Shown in pieces: positions 1 through 10,003 of a stretch of 64,000 bases of DNA. The notes beneath the pieces were generated by a model. It was not told the DNA's origin. It did no database searches and worked only from the letters and a program-made list of their open reading frames with translations. The stretch comes from an uncultured Victivallales bacterium (GTDB taxonomy: Bacteria; Verrucomicrobiota; Kiritimatiellia; UBA8416). The translations under genes were made by a program, and so were the position numbers. The stretch covers positions 47-64,046 of the forward strand of contig CAZSRU010000007.1 in assembly GCA_964609395.1 (NCBI GenBank). The letters run 5' to 3'. Positions within the stretch are counted from its first letter, which is position 1. Each line of letters starts with the position of its first letter.

Positions 1-23
1 AAGACCCATCTTTCCATGATCGC

Positions 24-1718
24 TCATGTCACCTTCCGCGAGGGACCCGTCACAATTTCCTTCTGGCGTACGCGGCCCTTCTCGCCTTTCTCGACAAAAA
101 CGGGCTTGCCTGTGAAGGGATCGCGCTCCGTCCAGTACGTCAGCGTGGAATAGGTGGAGGGCGTCGGCGTGAAGATCTGCACCTGCTCCGGCGAAACCTC
201 CAGTTCCTGCGCGGCAAAGGTCTTGAGCTTGCGCATGTCGCCATCGGTGCAGCCCGGATGCGCCGCCATCAGGTAATAGGTCAGGAACTGCGGCTTCCCC
301 GCCCGGCGGGTGGACTCGTTGAACGCCTCGCGGAACGCCTTGAGCGAGGCCGGTCCCGGCTTGCCCATCGCCGCCAGCACGCCCGGCTCGGTGTGCTCGG
401 GTGCCAGTTTCATCTGGCCGGAAACGTGATCGCGCACGACGGCGTCAAGATAACGCTTGCCGTTCCTCAGGTCCGCCATCACCAGGTCGTGCCGGACGCC
501 CGAGGCCACGATCACCCGCTTGACCCCCGGCACCTGCTGCAGGGTCTTGAGCAGGTTCAACTGCCGCCCATGGTCGACCGGCAGCTCGCGGCAGATCGCC
601 GGATACAGGCAGCGCTTACCGCGGCAGGCGCCTGACTCCGCCTTGCGCGTGCATTCGATCCCGTACATGTTGGCCGTCGGTCCGCCGACATCCAGGATCG
701 TGCCACGGAAGGCCGGATGCGCCGCCAGCCGGTGCGCCTCGCGCAGGATCGACGCCTCGCTGCGCATGCAGACGCGCCGCCCCTGATGCACGGCGATCGC
801 GCAGAACCCGCATTCGCCGTAGCAGCCGCGATGGGTCGTGATCGAGAAACGGATCGTGTCCAGCGCCCGCACCTCGCCACCGGCGGCATAGTACGGATGC
901 ACGTCGCGTTCGTAATCCAGCTCGTAGACCGCATCCAGCGCCGGTCCATCCAGCGGCAGCGGCGGCGGTTGCTGCACGTAGTAGCGCGTATCCTGGCGTT
1001 GCGCCAGCGGACGCGCCGTGATCGGGTCGTTGTTGGCATAGAAGGCATGGAACATCCGCGTGAACGCCTCCTTGTCAGCGGCGACGTCCTCGTAGGACGG
1101 CATTTCCACCGCCCCCTCGGGCACGGCGGCGGCAATAAAGCCGACACCACGGATCGCGGTCGGATCCCCGCCGTCGCGCAAGGCGCCGGCCAGGGCGACC
1201 ACGCTGGACTCGGCCATGCCGTAGAGCAGGTAGTCGGCCTTGGCATCGAACAGGATCGAGCGGCGGATGCGGTTCGACCAGAAATCGTAATGCGCCACCC
1301 GCCGCAGGCTCGCCTCGATACCGCCGAGCACGATCGGCGCCGTCTGCTTGAAGCAGCGGCGGATCGCGTTGCTGTAGACCGTTACCGCCCGGTCCGGACG
1401 ACGGTTGTTCTCGCCCCCCGGCGTGAAGTCATCCCGGCGGCGCCTGCGCCCGGAGGCCGTGCGGTTGGCGACCATCGAATCCACGCAGCCGCTCGTCACC
1501 CCCCAGAACAGCGCCGGTTCCCCCAGCCGGGTGAAATCGGCATCCGTCTGCGGCTGCGCCAGGATGCCCACGCGGTAGCCCGCCCGTACCAGACACTTGC
1601 CGATCACAGCGACCCCGGCAAACGGCGAATCGATGTAGGTATCCCCCGTCACCAGGATCACATCCAGCCCCGTCCAGCCCCGCCGCGCCACCTCATCCCT
1701 TGTCGTCGGTAAAAACAT
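24..1718 (-). CDS. ygiQ: YgiQ-family (UPF0313) radical SAM protein. ATG at 1718 gives MFLPTT...; the ORF-track start at 1826 is a GTG inside a repeat/hairpin and is probably not used.
   Basis: HRGCYGECGFCAIAVHQG (CxxxCxxC) radical SAM motif. N-terminal FLPTTRDEVARRGWTGLDVILVTGDTYIDSPFAG aligns with E. coli YgiQ [34 protein letters not shown]. Confidence 0.8.
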   Translation of the reverse strand: MFLPTTRDEVARRGWTGLDVILVTGDTYIDSPFAGVAVIGKCLVRAGYRVGILAQPQTDADFTRLGEPALFWGVTSGCVDSMVANRTASGRRRRRDDFTPGGENNRRPDRAVTVYSNAIRRCFKQTAPIVLGGIEASLRRVAHYDFWSNRIRRSILFDAKADYLLYGMAESSVVALAGALRDGGDPTAIRGVGFIAAAVPEGAVEMPSYEDVAADKEAFTRMFHAFYANNDPITARPLAQRQDTRYYVQQPPPLPLDGPALDAVYELDYERDVHPYYAAGGEVRALDTIRFSITTHRGCYGECGFCAIAVHQGRRVCMRSEASILREAHRLAAHPAFRGTILDVGGPTANMYGIECTRKAESGACRGKRCLYPAICRELPVDHGRQLNLLKTLQQVPGVKRVIVASGVRHDLVMADLRNGKRYLDAVVRDHVSGQMKLAPEHTEPGVLAAMGKPGPASLKAFREAFNESTRRAGKPQFLTYYLMAAHPGCTDGDMRKLKTFAAQELEVSPEQVQIFTPTPSTYSTLTYWTERDPFTGKPVFVEKGEKGRVRQKEIVTGPSRKVT

Positions 1719-1784
1719 GCCTTCAGTCAAACGCGTGCCGCCTGCCTTGTCAACCAGGATCGTGCAAACCGCACAATCTGCCGA

Positions 1785-1886
1785 CTGGAGGGCGAGCGTC
1801 CTCGCGAGCCGCGCCCGGCTAACCACCGCGCACCTTTACAACAACCCTTGCTCCGCATGGCTCGCGAGGACGCTCGCCCTCCATGG
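1785..1886. repeat. 24-26 bp inverted repeat (ctggagggcgagcgtcctcgcgagcc / ggctcgcgaggacgctcgccctcc) separated by a ~48 nt loop. It lies between the R-M gene stop and the ygiQ start. A third copy of the 20-bp core is at 28257-28276.
   Basis: Direct reading of both arms. The core gctcgcgaggacgctcgccc recurs at 1862-1880 (forward), 1793-1811 (reverse) and 28257-28276 (forward). Confidence 0.5.
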
Positions 1887-2051
1887 CACAATTACGCACA
1901 CGCAGCGGGTTCGCAGCCCCCGCTGTACTGTCTGGTGACTTTCACGGTACAGCAGGCGCTGCGAGCCTGCTGTTCTGTCATTATGAGAATTGCTGACCTG
2001 CCAATAGGCCACCGCAGCGAAGGATTCGCATGCCATGGCGCAGACACCTGC

Positions 2052-4880
2052 TTAGAGTAGGCTGACGGCATTCAGATTATGCGCGAGCAGCCGTTCGAGG
2101 ATGGCGTCGTCTGGGAGGTCGGCGGGCCAGCCGTAGGCGGCGGCGACGGCGGCGTCGAGGCGGGCATGGCAGTCGGCCAGCCAGGTGGGGCGGGCATTGT
2201 AGAGCTTGGTTAGGGTGCGGGACTTGCGCTCGGCAGCGCTCATGCCTTCCGGGGCCAGCCAGCGGTCGCGCTTGGCAACCAGATCCCGGGCAGCCTCGGC
2301 GATGGCGTCGGTCGCCGGCGGCAAGGGGAACGTCTCGAAACTGGTTGTCGGCGTGTAGCGGGGGCGGTCCTCAAGCCGGGTGCCCATACTCAGCGCCCAA
2401 ACCTCATGAATCCGGGAATGGAGGATACCGAAGAACGCATCATCGTCACGCGCGAAAACCAGCGTTCCTTGGTTACAGAGGACTTCGGCGGATACCCATA
2501 CAAACAGACGATGTTTTGACACGCCGGGTGTGGCGATATAGCGGGAAAGCCCTTGCAGCGCCGAACGCATCTCCGGTCGAGGCCGGGCATATTGCCACCA
2601 CATACCGCGATAGTCGTCGCGTCGTGTTTCCCGGACAGGCAAAACGTTGGCGCGTACATATTCGAACGGCTTCTCGTACTGGGCGGCTTCCTCGATCGGC
2701 ATGAGCGCAAAGTCGATTGTCCATTTGCAGCGTGATCCCTGGCCAATGTCCACGGCGCTGATGACCGGACGTACAACGTCCGAGTTCGGTTTGCCGTTAG
2801 GATTGCCCTTGTCGGCCAGCATCACGGCTGCCGTTTCCGCATCAATGTCGAATGGGGCTTTCGGGGATGGTCCCATAAAACAGATTCCCAAATTACCGGG
2901 AAGCGTCTTTGCCATTGTGATGTCGGCACACGACGTCAGGTTGGGATTGATGGCGGGCACCTCGCGGCCATCCAGGATTCGCGTTGTTTCGGTGCCGTAA
3001 TCGAAGGCAACCATGCTGACCCGGACATTCGCCCCGTCCAGAACCCAGGGCCGGTCGCTCTCCGCCCAGAAGATCCCGCCGCTATCCTGGATGCGTTTAA
3101 GGACTTCGCGGTTTGCCCCACCGCGTATGCCCTGTGTGGCGAGCAGTCCTGCGCGCTTGCATTTGCCGTCGGCGATATGCGCTCGGGCTTTCTCAAACCA
3201 GTAGCAGCAGAGGTCCGCGAAGGCGGGCACGCGCCCGGCATACAGCGAGAATAGGCGTTCAACGTAGTCGCCGCCGAGTTCCTGCCGGATGCGGTTGCCG
3301 CCCAGGAACGGCGGGTTGCCGATGATGAAGTCCACGGCAGGCCATTCCGGTTCAACAGGTTTACGACAGGCCGGTTCAGGAGATTCCGCATTCCGCGTTC
3401 CGCAATCCGCATTCACAACAATCGCGTCCATCAGACGGATATTCTCGGCGAGCGAGCGCAGGACCGGATCCGCCGAGAACCCGAAGCCGTTAGCGCGAAT
3501 CCATTGCAGCCAGCCGATCCAGACGGTCATCTGCGCGAGGTCATGCGCATAGGGATTCAGCTCGATACCGTAAAGCTGCCAGGGGCCTACTAGCGGCAGG
3601 AACGCACCGAGGCCGTTGTCGCTCCCGTATAGGATCACCTCTTTTTCCAGGTCCTTCAGTCGTAGCAAGGCCATGTAGAGGAAATTCCCGGAGCCACAGG
3701 CGGGGTCCAGCACCTTGACATGCTGCAGCCGGTCAAGGAACCGGTGCAGGATACTCGACGCCTCCCCCTGCGCCTTGCGCTTCGCCGCCGGAGTCATCGT
3801 TTTTGATGCTTTACTGTCTGCAGTCTTCAGTCTTCGGTCTTGAGTCTGCCCCAGTTTCTTCCCCGTTGCTAGCAGGTTCTCGATGGTTGTCCTAGTCTCG
3901 TCCCACTCACGGCGCAGGACCGACATCATCACGGCGTCCACGACAAGCTCGATATCGTCGCGGCTGGTGAAATGCGCGCCGAGTTGCGAGCGTTTGGCCG
4001 GGTCCAGTCCGCGCTCGAACAGGGTGCCGAAAATGGATGGATCAACCGCGCTCCAGTCGAGTGCCGCAGCGGTCGCGAACCGCTTGACAGCATCCATCGG
4101 CAGGTCAAGGACGCTGTGATCGTCGAACAGGCTCCCGTTGAAATGCCGGATGGACTCAAGCCCGAAGTCCCCGCCGGTCGCCATGGTCTCGAAAAGCTGT
4201 TCAAGCAGACGGGCAAAACGGGTTCTGTCACCCCCGGACTTTTCCAGGATGCGCGTGAACACGTTGTCCGGCAGCAGTCCGGCATCTTCCGCGAACAGGC
4301 AGAAGACAATCCGGTCGAGGAAATGCGCCACCGCCGCCGGGTCATTCCCTTGCTTGCGCAGCACATCGGCAATCTCCGCAATCTGCCTGGCCGCGTCCTG
4401 CGTGACGGCGGTACTAGTCCGCCCCGGCCGCAACACTTCCGGGTTATGGAATACCGCCCGCATGATCTCGATGTTTCGCGGTTTGGCCAGGGCTTCCAGT
4501 GGTATGTCGTGGGTGACTTCAACGGTGCCGGTGAAGTTGGTATGGATGACGATGCGGTCAAGATCGCAGACCAGCAGCAGGGGCGGATTTTCCAAAGCGC
4601 TGCGGTAGCGTAGAAGCTGGTCGTAGGCGGCGGCCAAGTCCTTGTGCCTGCCCTTGTACTCGATACCGAAAGCACCCCGCTTCCACACGTCCGCGAAACC
4701 GTCACCGCCGCCGTGCTTGGCCGCGCCCTTCTCGAAACAGAACGTTTCGCCGGTGGGATCCGCTGCGGCAGGCGTCGGGTGATCAAATACGCGGCACAGA
4801 TCGAGAAAATGTTCTTGCGCGGCGGAGCGCTCCTTCAGTTCAACCTTGCGCCATTTGGCAATGAATTCATTGATTGTCAT
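2052..4880 (-). CDS. MmeI-like bifunctional type IIL/IIG restriction-modification enzyme (N-terminal nuclease + N6-adenine DNA methyltransferase). Probable start is MTINEF at 4880; the 59-aa N-terminal extension in the ORF track is encoded by a tandem repeat.
   Basis: N-terminus MTINEFIAKWRKVELKERSAAQEHFLDLCRVF...GFADVWKRGAFGIEYKGRH resembles the MmeI family N-terminal endonuclease domain. GNPPFLGG (NPPF/Y motif IV) and a SAM-binding motif (LDPACGSGNFL) are present. Length is about 940 aa. Confidence 0.75.
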   Translation of the reverse strand: MTINEFIAKWRKVELKERSAAQEHFLDLCRVFDHPTPAAADPTGETFCFEKGAAKHGGGDGFADVWKRGAFGIEYKGRHKDLAAAYDQLLRYRSALENPPLLLVCDLDRIVIHTNFTGTVEVTHDIPLEALAKPRNIEIMRAVFHNPEVLRPGRTSTAVTQDAARQIAEIADVLRKQGNDPAAVAHFLDRIVFCLFAEDAGLLPDNVFTRILEKSGGDRTRFARLLEQLFETMATGGDFGLESIRHFNGSLFDDHSVLDLPMDAVKRFATAAALDWSAVDPSIFGTLFERGLDPAKRSQLGAHFTSRDDIELVVDAVMMSVLRREWDETRTTIENLLATGKKLGQTQDRRLKTADSKASKTMTPAAKRKAQGEASSILHRFLDRLQHVKVLDPACGSGNFLYMALLRLKDLEKEVILYGSDNGLGAFLPLVGPWQLYGIELNPYAHDLAQMTVWIGWLQWIRANGFGFSADPVLRSLAENIRLMDAIVVNADCGTRNAESPEPACRKPVEPEWPAVDFIIGNPPFLGGNRIRQELGGDYVERLFSLYAGRVPAFADLCCYWFEKARAHIADGKCKRAGLLATQGIRGGANREVLKRIQDSGGIFWAESDRPWVLDGANVRVSMVAFDYGTETTRILDGREVPAINPNLTSCADITMAKTLPGNLGICFMGPSPKAPFDIDAETAAVMLADKGNPNGKPNSDVVRPVISAVDIGQGSRCKWTIDFALMPIEEAAQYEKPFEYVRANVLPVRETRRDDYRGMWWQYARPRPEMRSALQGLSRYIATPGVSKHRLFVWVSAEVLCNQGTLVFARDDDAFFGILHSRIHEVWALSMGTRLEDRPRYTPTTSFETFPLPPATDAIAEAARDLVAKRDRWLAPEGMSAAERKSRTLTKLYNARPTWLADCHARLDAAVAAAYGWPADLPDDAILERLLAHNLNAVSLL

Positions 4881-4915
4881 TTGCGGGGCACTATAGACGG
4901 GGCAAGCACACAGGT

Positions 4916-4960
4916 CAAGGTTGCTGCAAGGGTTGCTGCAAGGGGTGCTGCAAGGGGTTT
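4916..4960. repeat. Short tandem repeat, about four copies of caagg(g)(t)tgctg. It lies in the spacer between the R-M gene and the nuclease gene.
   Basis: caaggttgctg caagggttgctg caaggggtgctg caaggggtttgcgg read directly. Confidence 0.4.
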
Positions 4961-4975
4961 GCGGCGGAATGTCGC

Positions 4976-5542
4976 CTACTCCTCCGGTTGCTCCTCTTCC
5001 TTTTTGGGATGGTTCTTGATCCACTCCCACGGCGGAATCGAATTTTCGGTTGCCCAAATACCTTTCTTCTGCTCGATTGCCTTCTGGAAGGCGTTCTTCA
5101 ACTTACCGTAAGCCTCTTTTGGCTTTCCCATAGAAACTGCAAATTGTGCACGCGTCTCAACTAACCATGCATGGCCCTCTTCAACCAAGCGAAGATTGAC
5201 ACATGCTTCGTCTGGCCCAACGAACACCCACGCGCCATGTGATCGATCTTGATCAGTGAGTTCAACAATGTTGACACTCTTGCCCTTCACGAGTTTCTCA
5301 AGAAAAGCCTTCGCTTCCTTGCCGCCCGTCTGTTCGACTCCCGGTGCAGCTACCCCGTCTAGTTCCACATTCCCTTCTGATCGAAGCTGAATCCCATGTT
5401 TGAATAACTTGTTGCTTATCACGATGGTATCACCATCAATGACATCGAGTACCGTAGCCTGGTAACTGAGTGTTCTGGTAGCCCAGCATGTATTGACCAT
5501 CAGTAATCCGAAGCCCATGACTTGTAGCACGATACGTTTCAT
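4976..5542 (-). CDS. Secreted thermonuclease (staphylococcal nuclease/SNase-like) with an N-terminal signal peptide.
   Basis: MKRIVLQVMGFGLLMVNTCWA signal peptide. ATVLDVIDGDTIVI and a downstream SNase-like core are present. Strong SD AGGTGGTG lies 5 nt upstream of the ATG. Local GC is visibly lower than the flanks. Confidence 0.8.
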   Translation of the reverse strand: MKRIVLQVMGFGLLMVNTCWATRTLSYQATVLDVIDGDTIVISNKLFKHGIQLRSEGNVELDGVAAPGVEQTGGKEAKAFLEKLVKGKSVNIVELTDQDRSHGAWVFVGPDEACVNLRLVEEGHAWLVETRAQFAVSMGKPKEAYGKLKNAFQKAIEQKKGIWATENSIPPWEWIKNHPKKEEEQPEE

Positions 5543-5557
5543 ATTATCACCACCTTT

Positions 5558-8500
5558 TTACTCTCCAAGCGCATCTGACCACATTGCCCACGGCAAAATA
5601 TCAACCGCGCCGCCAGAACCAGAACCAATGAGGACGATTTTGCCTTCACTGTTCACAAAAAGCAGGACACTCCAGACTTCCTGTGGAGGTGCGTCCGTTG
5701 CCTTCTTCCACTCGTTCGCGTTGTCTTCGTCGCCTGGGTATGACAGTTCTGGAACGGTAGCCGACGTAAACTGCCATCGGATGTTCCTGATAGGGTCTCC
5801 GGGCTTAAGTGTATCCGCTCCACCTCCCGTGTCTTGATATTCAGGATTTTTGGCCTCGCCGCCTTCATAGGTGTGCGAAAGAGCAAACGACACATTCGTT
5901 TGCGCAACTGAAGCATTGAGAAGCGTGACCAAATACCCGGAGGTATTACTCTGATGCTCACCAAGAGTATCTGCATCCTCGCTAACTGCTGTCTCGAGTG
6001 CCGCCTGCTTGCTGACAATACCTGTTGAGAGAGTCGCCACCTCGATTCCCATGTGCCAGTGGTCGTAGTCCCAAGGGTAAGAGCCAACGCTTCGACTACT
6101 GGGAATGTCGAGTTGGAGCAGGTTTGTGTGAGCCGCATGGAAATTGGTATAGGTGATCGAGGAAAGGCCAGAATCAGGGAAACTGTCATTACTCATTTGC
6201 AGCTTCTGATTCCTGCCAGGTCGAGGATCGAGACAGAATACAATAGTATCAATAATAGCTGCCTTGACATCTACATGCAGCCCGCTGTAGTCCGGGTGCA
6301 TCTCAAGATTTCCCACACCCAGACGCTGCAAATCGTTCCAACTGAAATTCTTCACGACGGCAATCTCATCCCGGCAGCCAGAATAAGGATGCTCAATAAT
6401 GATGCGATCGCCCTGTTGAACACTTGATATCGTCAGGATATTGGATGAAATCGACATTTGAGGAACGGCATTCGAACCATCGTTTAGGCGGATGCTGGCG
6501 TTCAGCCACCCGTCGGCAAAGTGTAGCGCCCCAGTAGTACCAACCCATCTGATGTCGGCTTCAGCGGAAGTGCCCCGCCGATACTTGATATTGACATCCG
6601 CACTATCCAATCCAAGCAGTTGTACATCCCAGTCGACGTTTATCTGATCTGGTTCCGGGAAGGTGGCAATCACCCACTTCTTGCCCGGCGTATCATCGTA
6701 GATCGGTAAAATTGGAAGCGCCGGGTAGTATACATTGGTCAGAACAATAACAACATCTACAGCATCAATCTGATAAGCGGCACCGCAAGGCGACGGAGCA
6801 CCTTCCGGGGTGAAGTCACAATAGAGAGAACTCTGCCCTGACGCGATAGCCGTTACCAAGACGTTCGACCCCGTGTCCGAACCGACTATCTGGAGGTAAT
6901 TCGTATCCACTGACCACAGGTATGTTCCCGGCGTATTCATGTTCAGCACCGCCCTGTAGGTGTTGGTCTGGTCCACACCGAGATAGTAGCCCGGATCGTT
7001 GACCGGTTCAATATCGAGTTCCAGCGCTGTGCTGTTCGAGATTTCGGCGGTATCGCTGAGCGTTCCAATCGTGGTCAGGCAATTCGAGGGGGCCACAAAC
7101 GTCACGGTCAGTTCATTATATGAATAGCCACATTGCGGATAGTCAGCCGAAATATACGTTGCGCCATTGGTGGAGCTGGCGGGAGTCGCCGTATAGCCAT
7201 CCGGCACGCTGTAGGTGAAGACGCCATGCAGCCCGTCCGGGACGATGGTGGCGTCCAGATAAAAGTCATCGGGCCACGAAATAGAGATATCAACATCACT
7301 GAGGAAAACCACCGGGAATGCCACAAAGGCAAAGGGGTAGCCGCAAGCGATGCTATGCGGCGTTCCGAAAAGCCCCGCCGGATCGTGGATGACCATGGGA
7401 TTAGGGGCGGGATCGACCGATAACACCAACGCACCGCCGAGATGATCAGTTGCCCCGCTAAACGACATCGTATGCAACACCGCTCTCGGAAGCTGCAGTG
7501 CGAGATCCTTCACGGGGCTTTCGTGAGAGAATGGCACCGTAAGCGGACCGATCTGAAGCGTGGCAATGCCGTTGCCGGTCCCGCTACCGGTCAGTGCCTG
7601 ATACCCAGCCGAAAGCAGAAAGGTAGCGCCACCTGACTCGTGACTGGTCTCTCCGGCGTCGAGCGGGTTGCTGCCGCCGATGATTTCGGTGTAGTCGGAT
7701 ACTGTATCCCAGTCTGAATCCGCAGCCCATGGATCAGTGCCGTAGATCATCTCCTGATAATTCGTCAACCCGTCGTTGTCGCTGTCCTGAGTTTTTATTG
7801 AGGGGTCGAGCGGATCAAGGCCATGCTTGACAGCCCAGCCGTCGGGAATTCCGCAGCCGGACGATTGCCAGTTGAAGGGATCAGTCATGGCATCGGCTTC
7901 GCCCTTGAACGTGCGCTGTCCCCCGTTGTCCGCAAAGGCGATACCGGCGGCGGCAAATGCCAGGTAGCGCGGATCGGAGGCGTCAACCATCAGGTTATGG
8001 CCATCCAGCAGGCCGTCACCATCGCTGCCGGACTTGAGCGGATCAAGCGGGCCGGAAAGGGCGAGCGTGTAGTAATAACTACTCACCGACACCGTGGACA
8101 CGTGGGAAAGCCCGATCGGAACGTCACGCTCACCATACGTATTCCCCCCCCACGCCACAACGCGGCCATCGGCGCGAACGGCTACACTGTGGGTATATCC
8201 ACCATCAATCGCGATGGCGGCAACCACATTCGTAGCTCCTGAGCACTGTCCGTGGTAATTCCACCCCCAAGCGGCGACCGTACCGTCGGAACGCAGCGCG
8301 AGACTATGCCTATCGCCAGAGGCAATAGCGACGGCATTACTGACCGTTGTTGCCCCGCTGACTTGTCCATAGGAATCCGAGCCCCACCCTTGAACGGTAC
8401 CATCGGAAAGAAGGGCGAGGGAATGGCTAGAACCGGCAGCTACGGCAATTGCATTGGATACTGAAGATGCGCCGAAAACTCTCCCATCATAACCATTCCA

Positions 8501-10003
8501 CCCCCATCCAACAACCGTGCCGTCGTCAAGCAAAGCAAGAGCATGATAATCGCCTGCGGCAATCGAAACCGCATTCGTTACACTTGCAGGCACATTGAGT
8601 TGCCCGTAAGAGTTTGTTCCCCACCCAGCAACGGTACCGTCCTCAAGCAAGGCGAGGCTGTAGCGATCTCCAGCCGCCACTTTAACGGCATTGCTAATAC
8701 CGGCCGCCCCCGATACTTCCCCATTCGCGTCATCACCCCATGCGGAGATGGTGCCATCCGCCCGCGCGGCAAGACAATGCCAATGACCAGCGGAAATACT
8801 GACCGCATCGGTCAGGGAGGCGGGAATAGATGCTTGCCCAGTATCATTGACTCCCCAGTGGGAAATCCGGCTCCAGTTCGCTTCCGCACCGTCTAGCAAG
8901 CCGTCGCCGTCGCTGTCATTCTGGTTCGGATCGGTTCCGGCCTGGTATTCCCCGAGGTTGGTCAGCCCGTCGCTGTCGGCATCGCCCAGGGCATCGGCGG
9001 CATTCAAAGGATCAAGGCCGTGCTGGATTTCCCAGCCGTCGGGCATGCCATCGCCGTCGGTGTCGGTGTTGTAGCGGTCCGTCCCGTAAAGGCGGACTTC
9101 CCGCCCGTCATAGAGTTCGTCGCCGTCGCCGTCATAGTGCGTCCAGGCATCGAGAAAGCGTTTTTCGCCATCTCCGGCGGCGGGGGCGGTGAAGGCGAAG
9201 CTGCCCGCCGCGTTGTTGACGTTGGTAGTCAGCAGGATCTGCCACTGCTGCACCATCAGGTCGTCGCAGGAGAAGATATCGAGTCCTTCGGAAGCCAGCG
9301 TTCCTGACGGCCAGCTCAAGCTGACGTCAACCGTGCCGTTGGTTTGCACGGCCAGCGAGTCGAACGCCAATCCGCTGCCAGTGTAACTGAGGGAGCTGAG
9401 TGCCAGCGGGGTGAAGGTCAGCGATTGCGTTGCGGCAACCGATTCGGTCATGACTTTTTTGATCAGCTCGTCCTCCGTGATCAGCCGGAACCGCACCATG
9501 ATGCGGGAAGGATCGTACAGCGCGACCTGCCAGGCTGCCGTTTCGGCATCAAGGGAGGCAAGATCGGGAAACCGCAGCCGGACATACCAGAGCGGATCGT
9601 ACCCCTTGGGAGCCTTGATCTCGGCAATCACATCACCGACGGCATTCAGGACATGTCGCTCGCCGCTGTCGGGTACTTCTAGGACCGTAATCGGATAAAC
9701 CGTGACGCCATTCTCGCTAGATGGAAGCAACCGCCTGACAAAACGCGATGGAAATGCGTCCGGATCAAATGGCAGCAGCCCGCCGTCCTGTAGGTGGATG
9801 AAATCCGGATCGGGCAACACAATCGGCAGGATTGAATACTGCATCGACTCGAACGCGCTGATCAGGTCAGGCACGTTCTCTACCGCCAGCGACATGTAAC
9901 TGGCATAAAGCGCCTTGTCAAACGGGACGGGCTCGGCGGAAAGATGCACGCTGTCAACAGCATACACGGTCAGGTTGGCAACCATCAGGCAAGCGCTCAA
10001 CAT
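5558..10003 (-). CDS. Giant secreted protein (~1480 aa). It has a signal peptide, thrombospondin type-3-like Ca-binding Asp repeats, a ~7-blade RCC1/BLIP-II beta-propeller, more TSP3-like repeats, and an ~800-aa C-terminal region with no motif I recognise. Start chosen at MLSACLMVANLTVYA (10003); the ORF track extends to 10252.
   Basis: RCC1 repeats are read as GHWHCLAARADGTISAWGDDANGEV... x~7 (SLALLxDGTVxGWGxNxYGQ). TSP3-like DTDGDGMPDGWE, DSDGDGLLDG and DSDNDGLTN are present. A hydrophobic N-terminus follows M84 of the track ORF. Lower GC than the genome. Confidence 0.7.
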   Translation of the reverse strand: MLSACLMVANLTVYAVDSVHLSAEPVPFDKALYASYMSLAVENVPDLISAFESMQYSILPIVLPDPDFIHLQDGGLLPFDPDAFPSRFVRRLLPSSENGVTVYPITVLEVPDSGERHVLNAVGDVIAEIKAPKGYDPLWYVRLRFPDLASLDAETAAWQVALYDPSRIMVRFRLITEDELIKKVMTESVAATQSLTFTPLALSSLSYTGSGLAFDSLAVQTNGTVDVSLSWPSGTLASEGLDIFSCDDLMVQQWQILLTTNVNNAAGSFAFTAPAAGDGEKRFLDAWTHYDGDGDELYDGREVRLYGTDRYNTDTDGDGMPDGWEIQHGLDPLNAADALGDADSDGLTNLGEYQAGTDPNQNDSDGDGLLDGAEANWSRISHWGVNDTGQASIPASLTDAVSISAGHWHCLAARADGTISAWGDDANGEVSGAAGISNAVKVAAGDRYSLALLEDGTVAGWGTNSYGQLNVPASVTNAVSIAAGDYHALALLDDGTVVGWGWNGYDGRVFGASSVSNAIAVAAGSSHSLALLSDGTVQGWGSDSYGQVSGATTVSNAVAIASGDRHSLALRSDGTVAAWGWNYHGQCSGATNVVAAIAIDGGYTHSVAVRADGRVVAWGGNTYGERDVPIGLSHVSTVSVSSYYYTLALSGPLDPLKSGSDGDGLLDGHNLMVDASDPRYLAFAAAGIAFADNGGQRTFKGEADAMTDPFNWQSSGCGIPDGWAVKHGLDPLDPSIKTQDSDNDGLTNYQEMIYGTDPWAADSDWDTVSDYTEIIGGSNPLDAGETSHESGGATFLLSAGYQALTGSGTGNGIATLQIGPLTVPFSHESPVKDLALQLPRAVLHTMSFSGATDHLGGALVLSVDPAPNPMVIHDPAGLFGTPHSIACGYPFAFVAFPVVFLSDVDISISWPDDFYLDATIVPDGLHGVFTYSVPDGYTATPASSTNGATYISADYPQCGYSYNELTVTFVAPSNCLTTIGTLSDTAEISNSTALELDIEPVNDPGYYLGVDQTNTYRAVLNMNTPGTYLWSVDTNYLQIVGSDTGSNVLVTAIASGQSSLYCDFTPEGAPSPCGAAYQIDAVDVVIVLTNVYYPALPILPIYDDTPGKKWVIATFPEPDQINVDWDVQLLGLDSADVNIKYRRGTSAEADIRWVGTTGALHFADGWLNASIRLNDGSNAVPQMSISSNILTISSVQQGDRIIIEHPYSGCRDEIAVVKNFSWNDLQRLGVGNLEMHPDYSGLHVDVKAAIIDTIVFCLDPRPGRNQKLQMSNDSFPDSGLSSITYTNFHAAHTNLLQLDIPSSRSVGSYPWDYDHWHMGIEVATLSTGIVSKQAALETAVSEDADTLGEHQSNTSGYLVTLLNASVAQTNVSFALSHTYEGGEAKNPEYQDTGGGADTLKPGDPIRNIRWQFTSATVPELSYPGDEDNANEWKKATDAPPQEVWSVLLFVNSEGKIVLIGSGSGGAVDILPWAMWSDALGE

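Noticed and set aside
4916-4960. Short tandem repeat considered as a CRISPR or CRISPR-like array.
   Set aside because: Units are 11-13 bp and contiguous with no spacers. No CRISPR array exists anywhere in the window.
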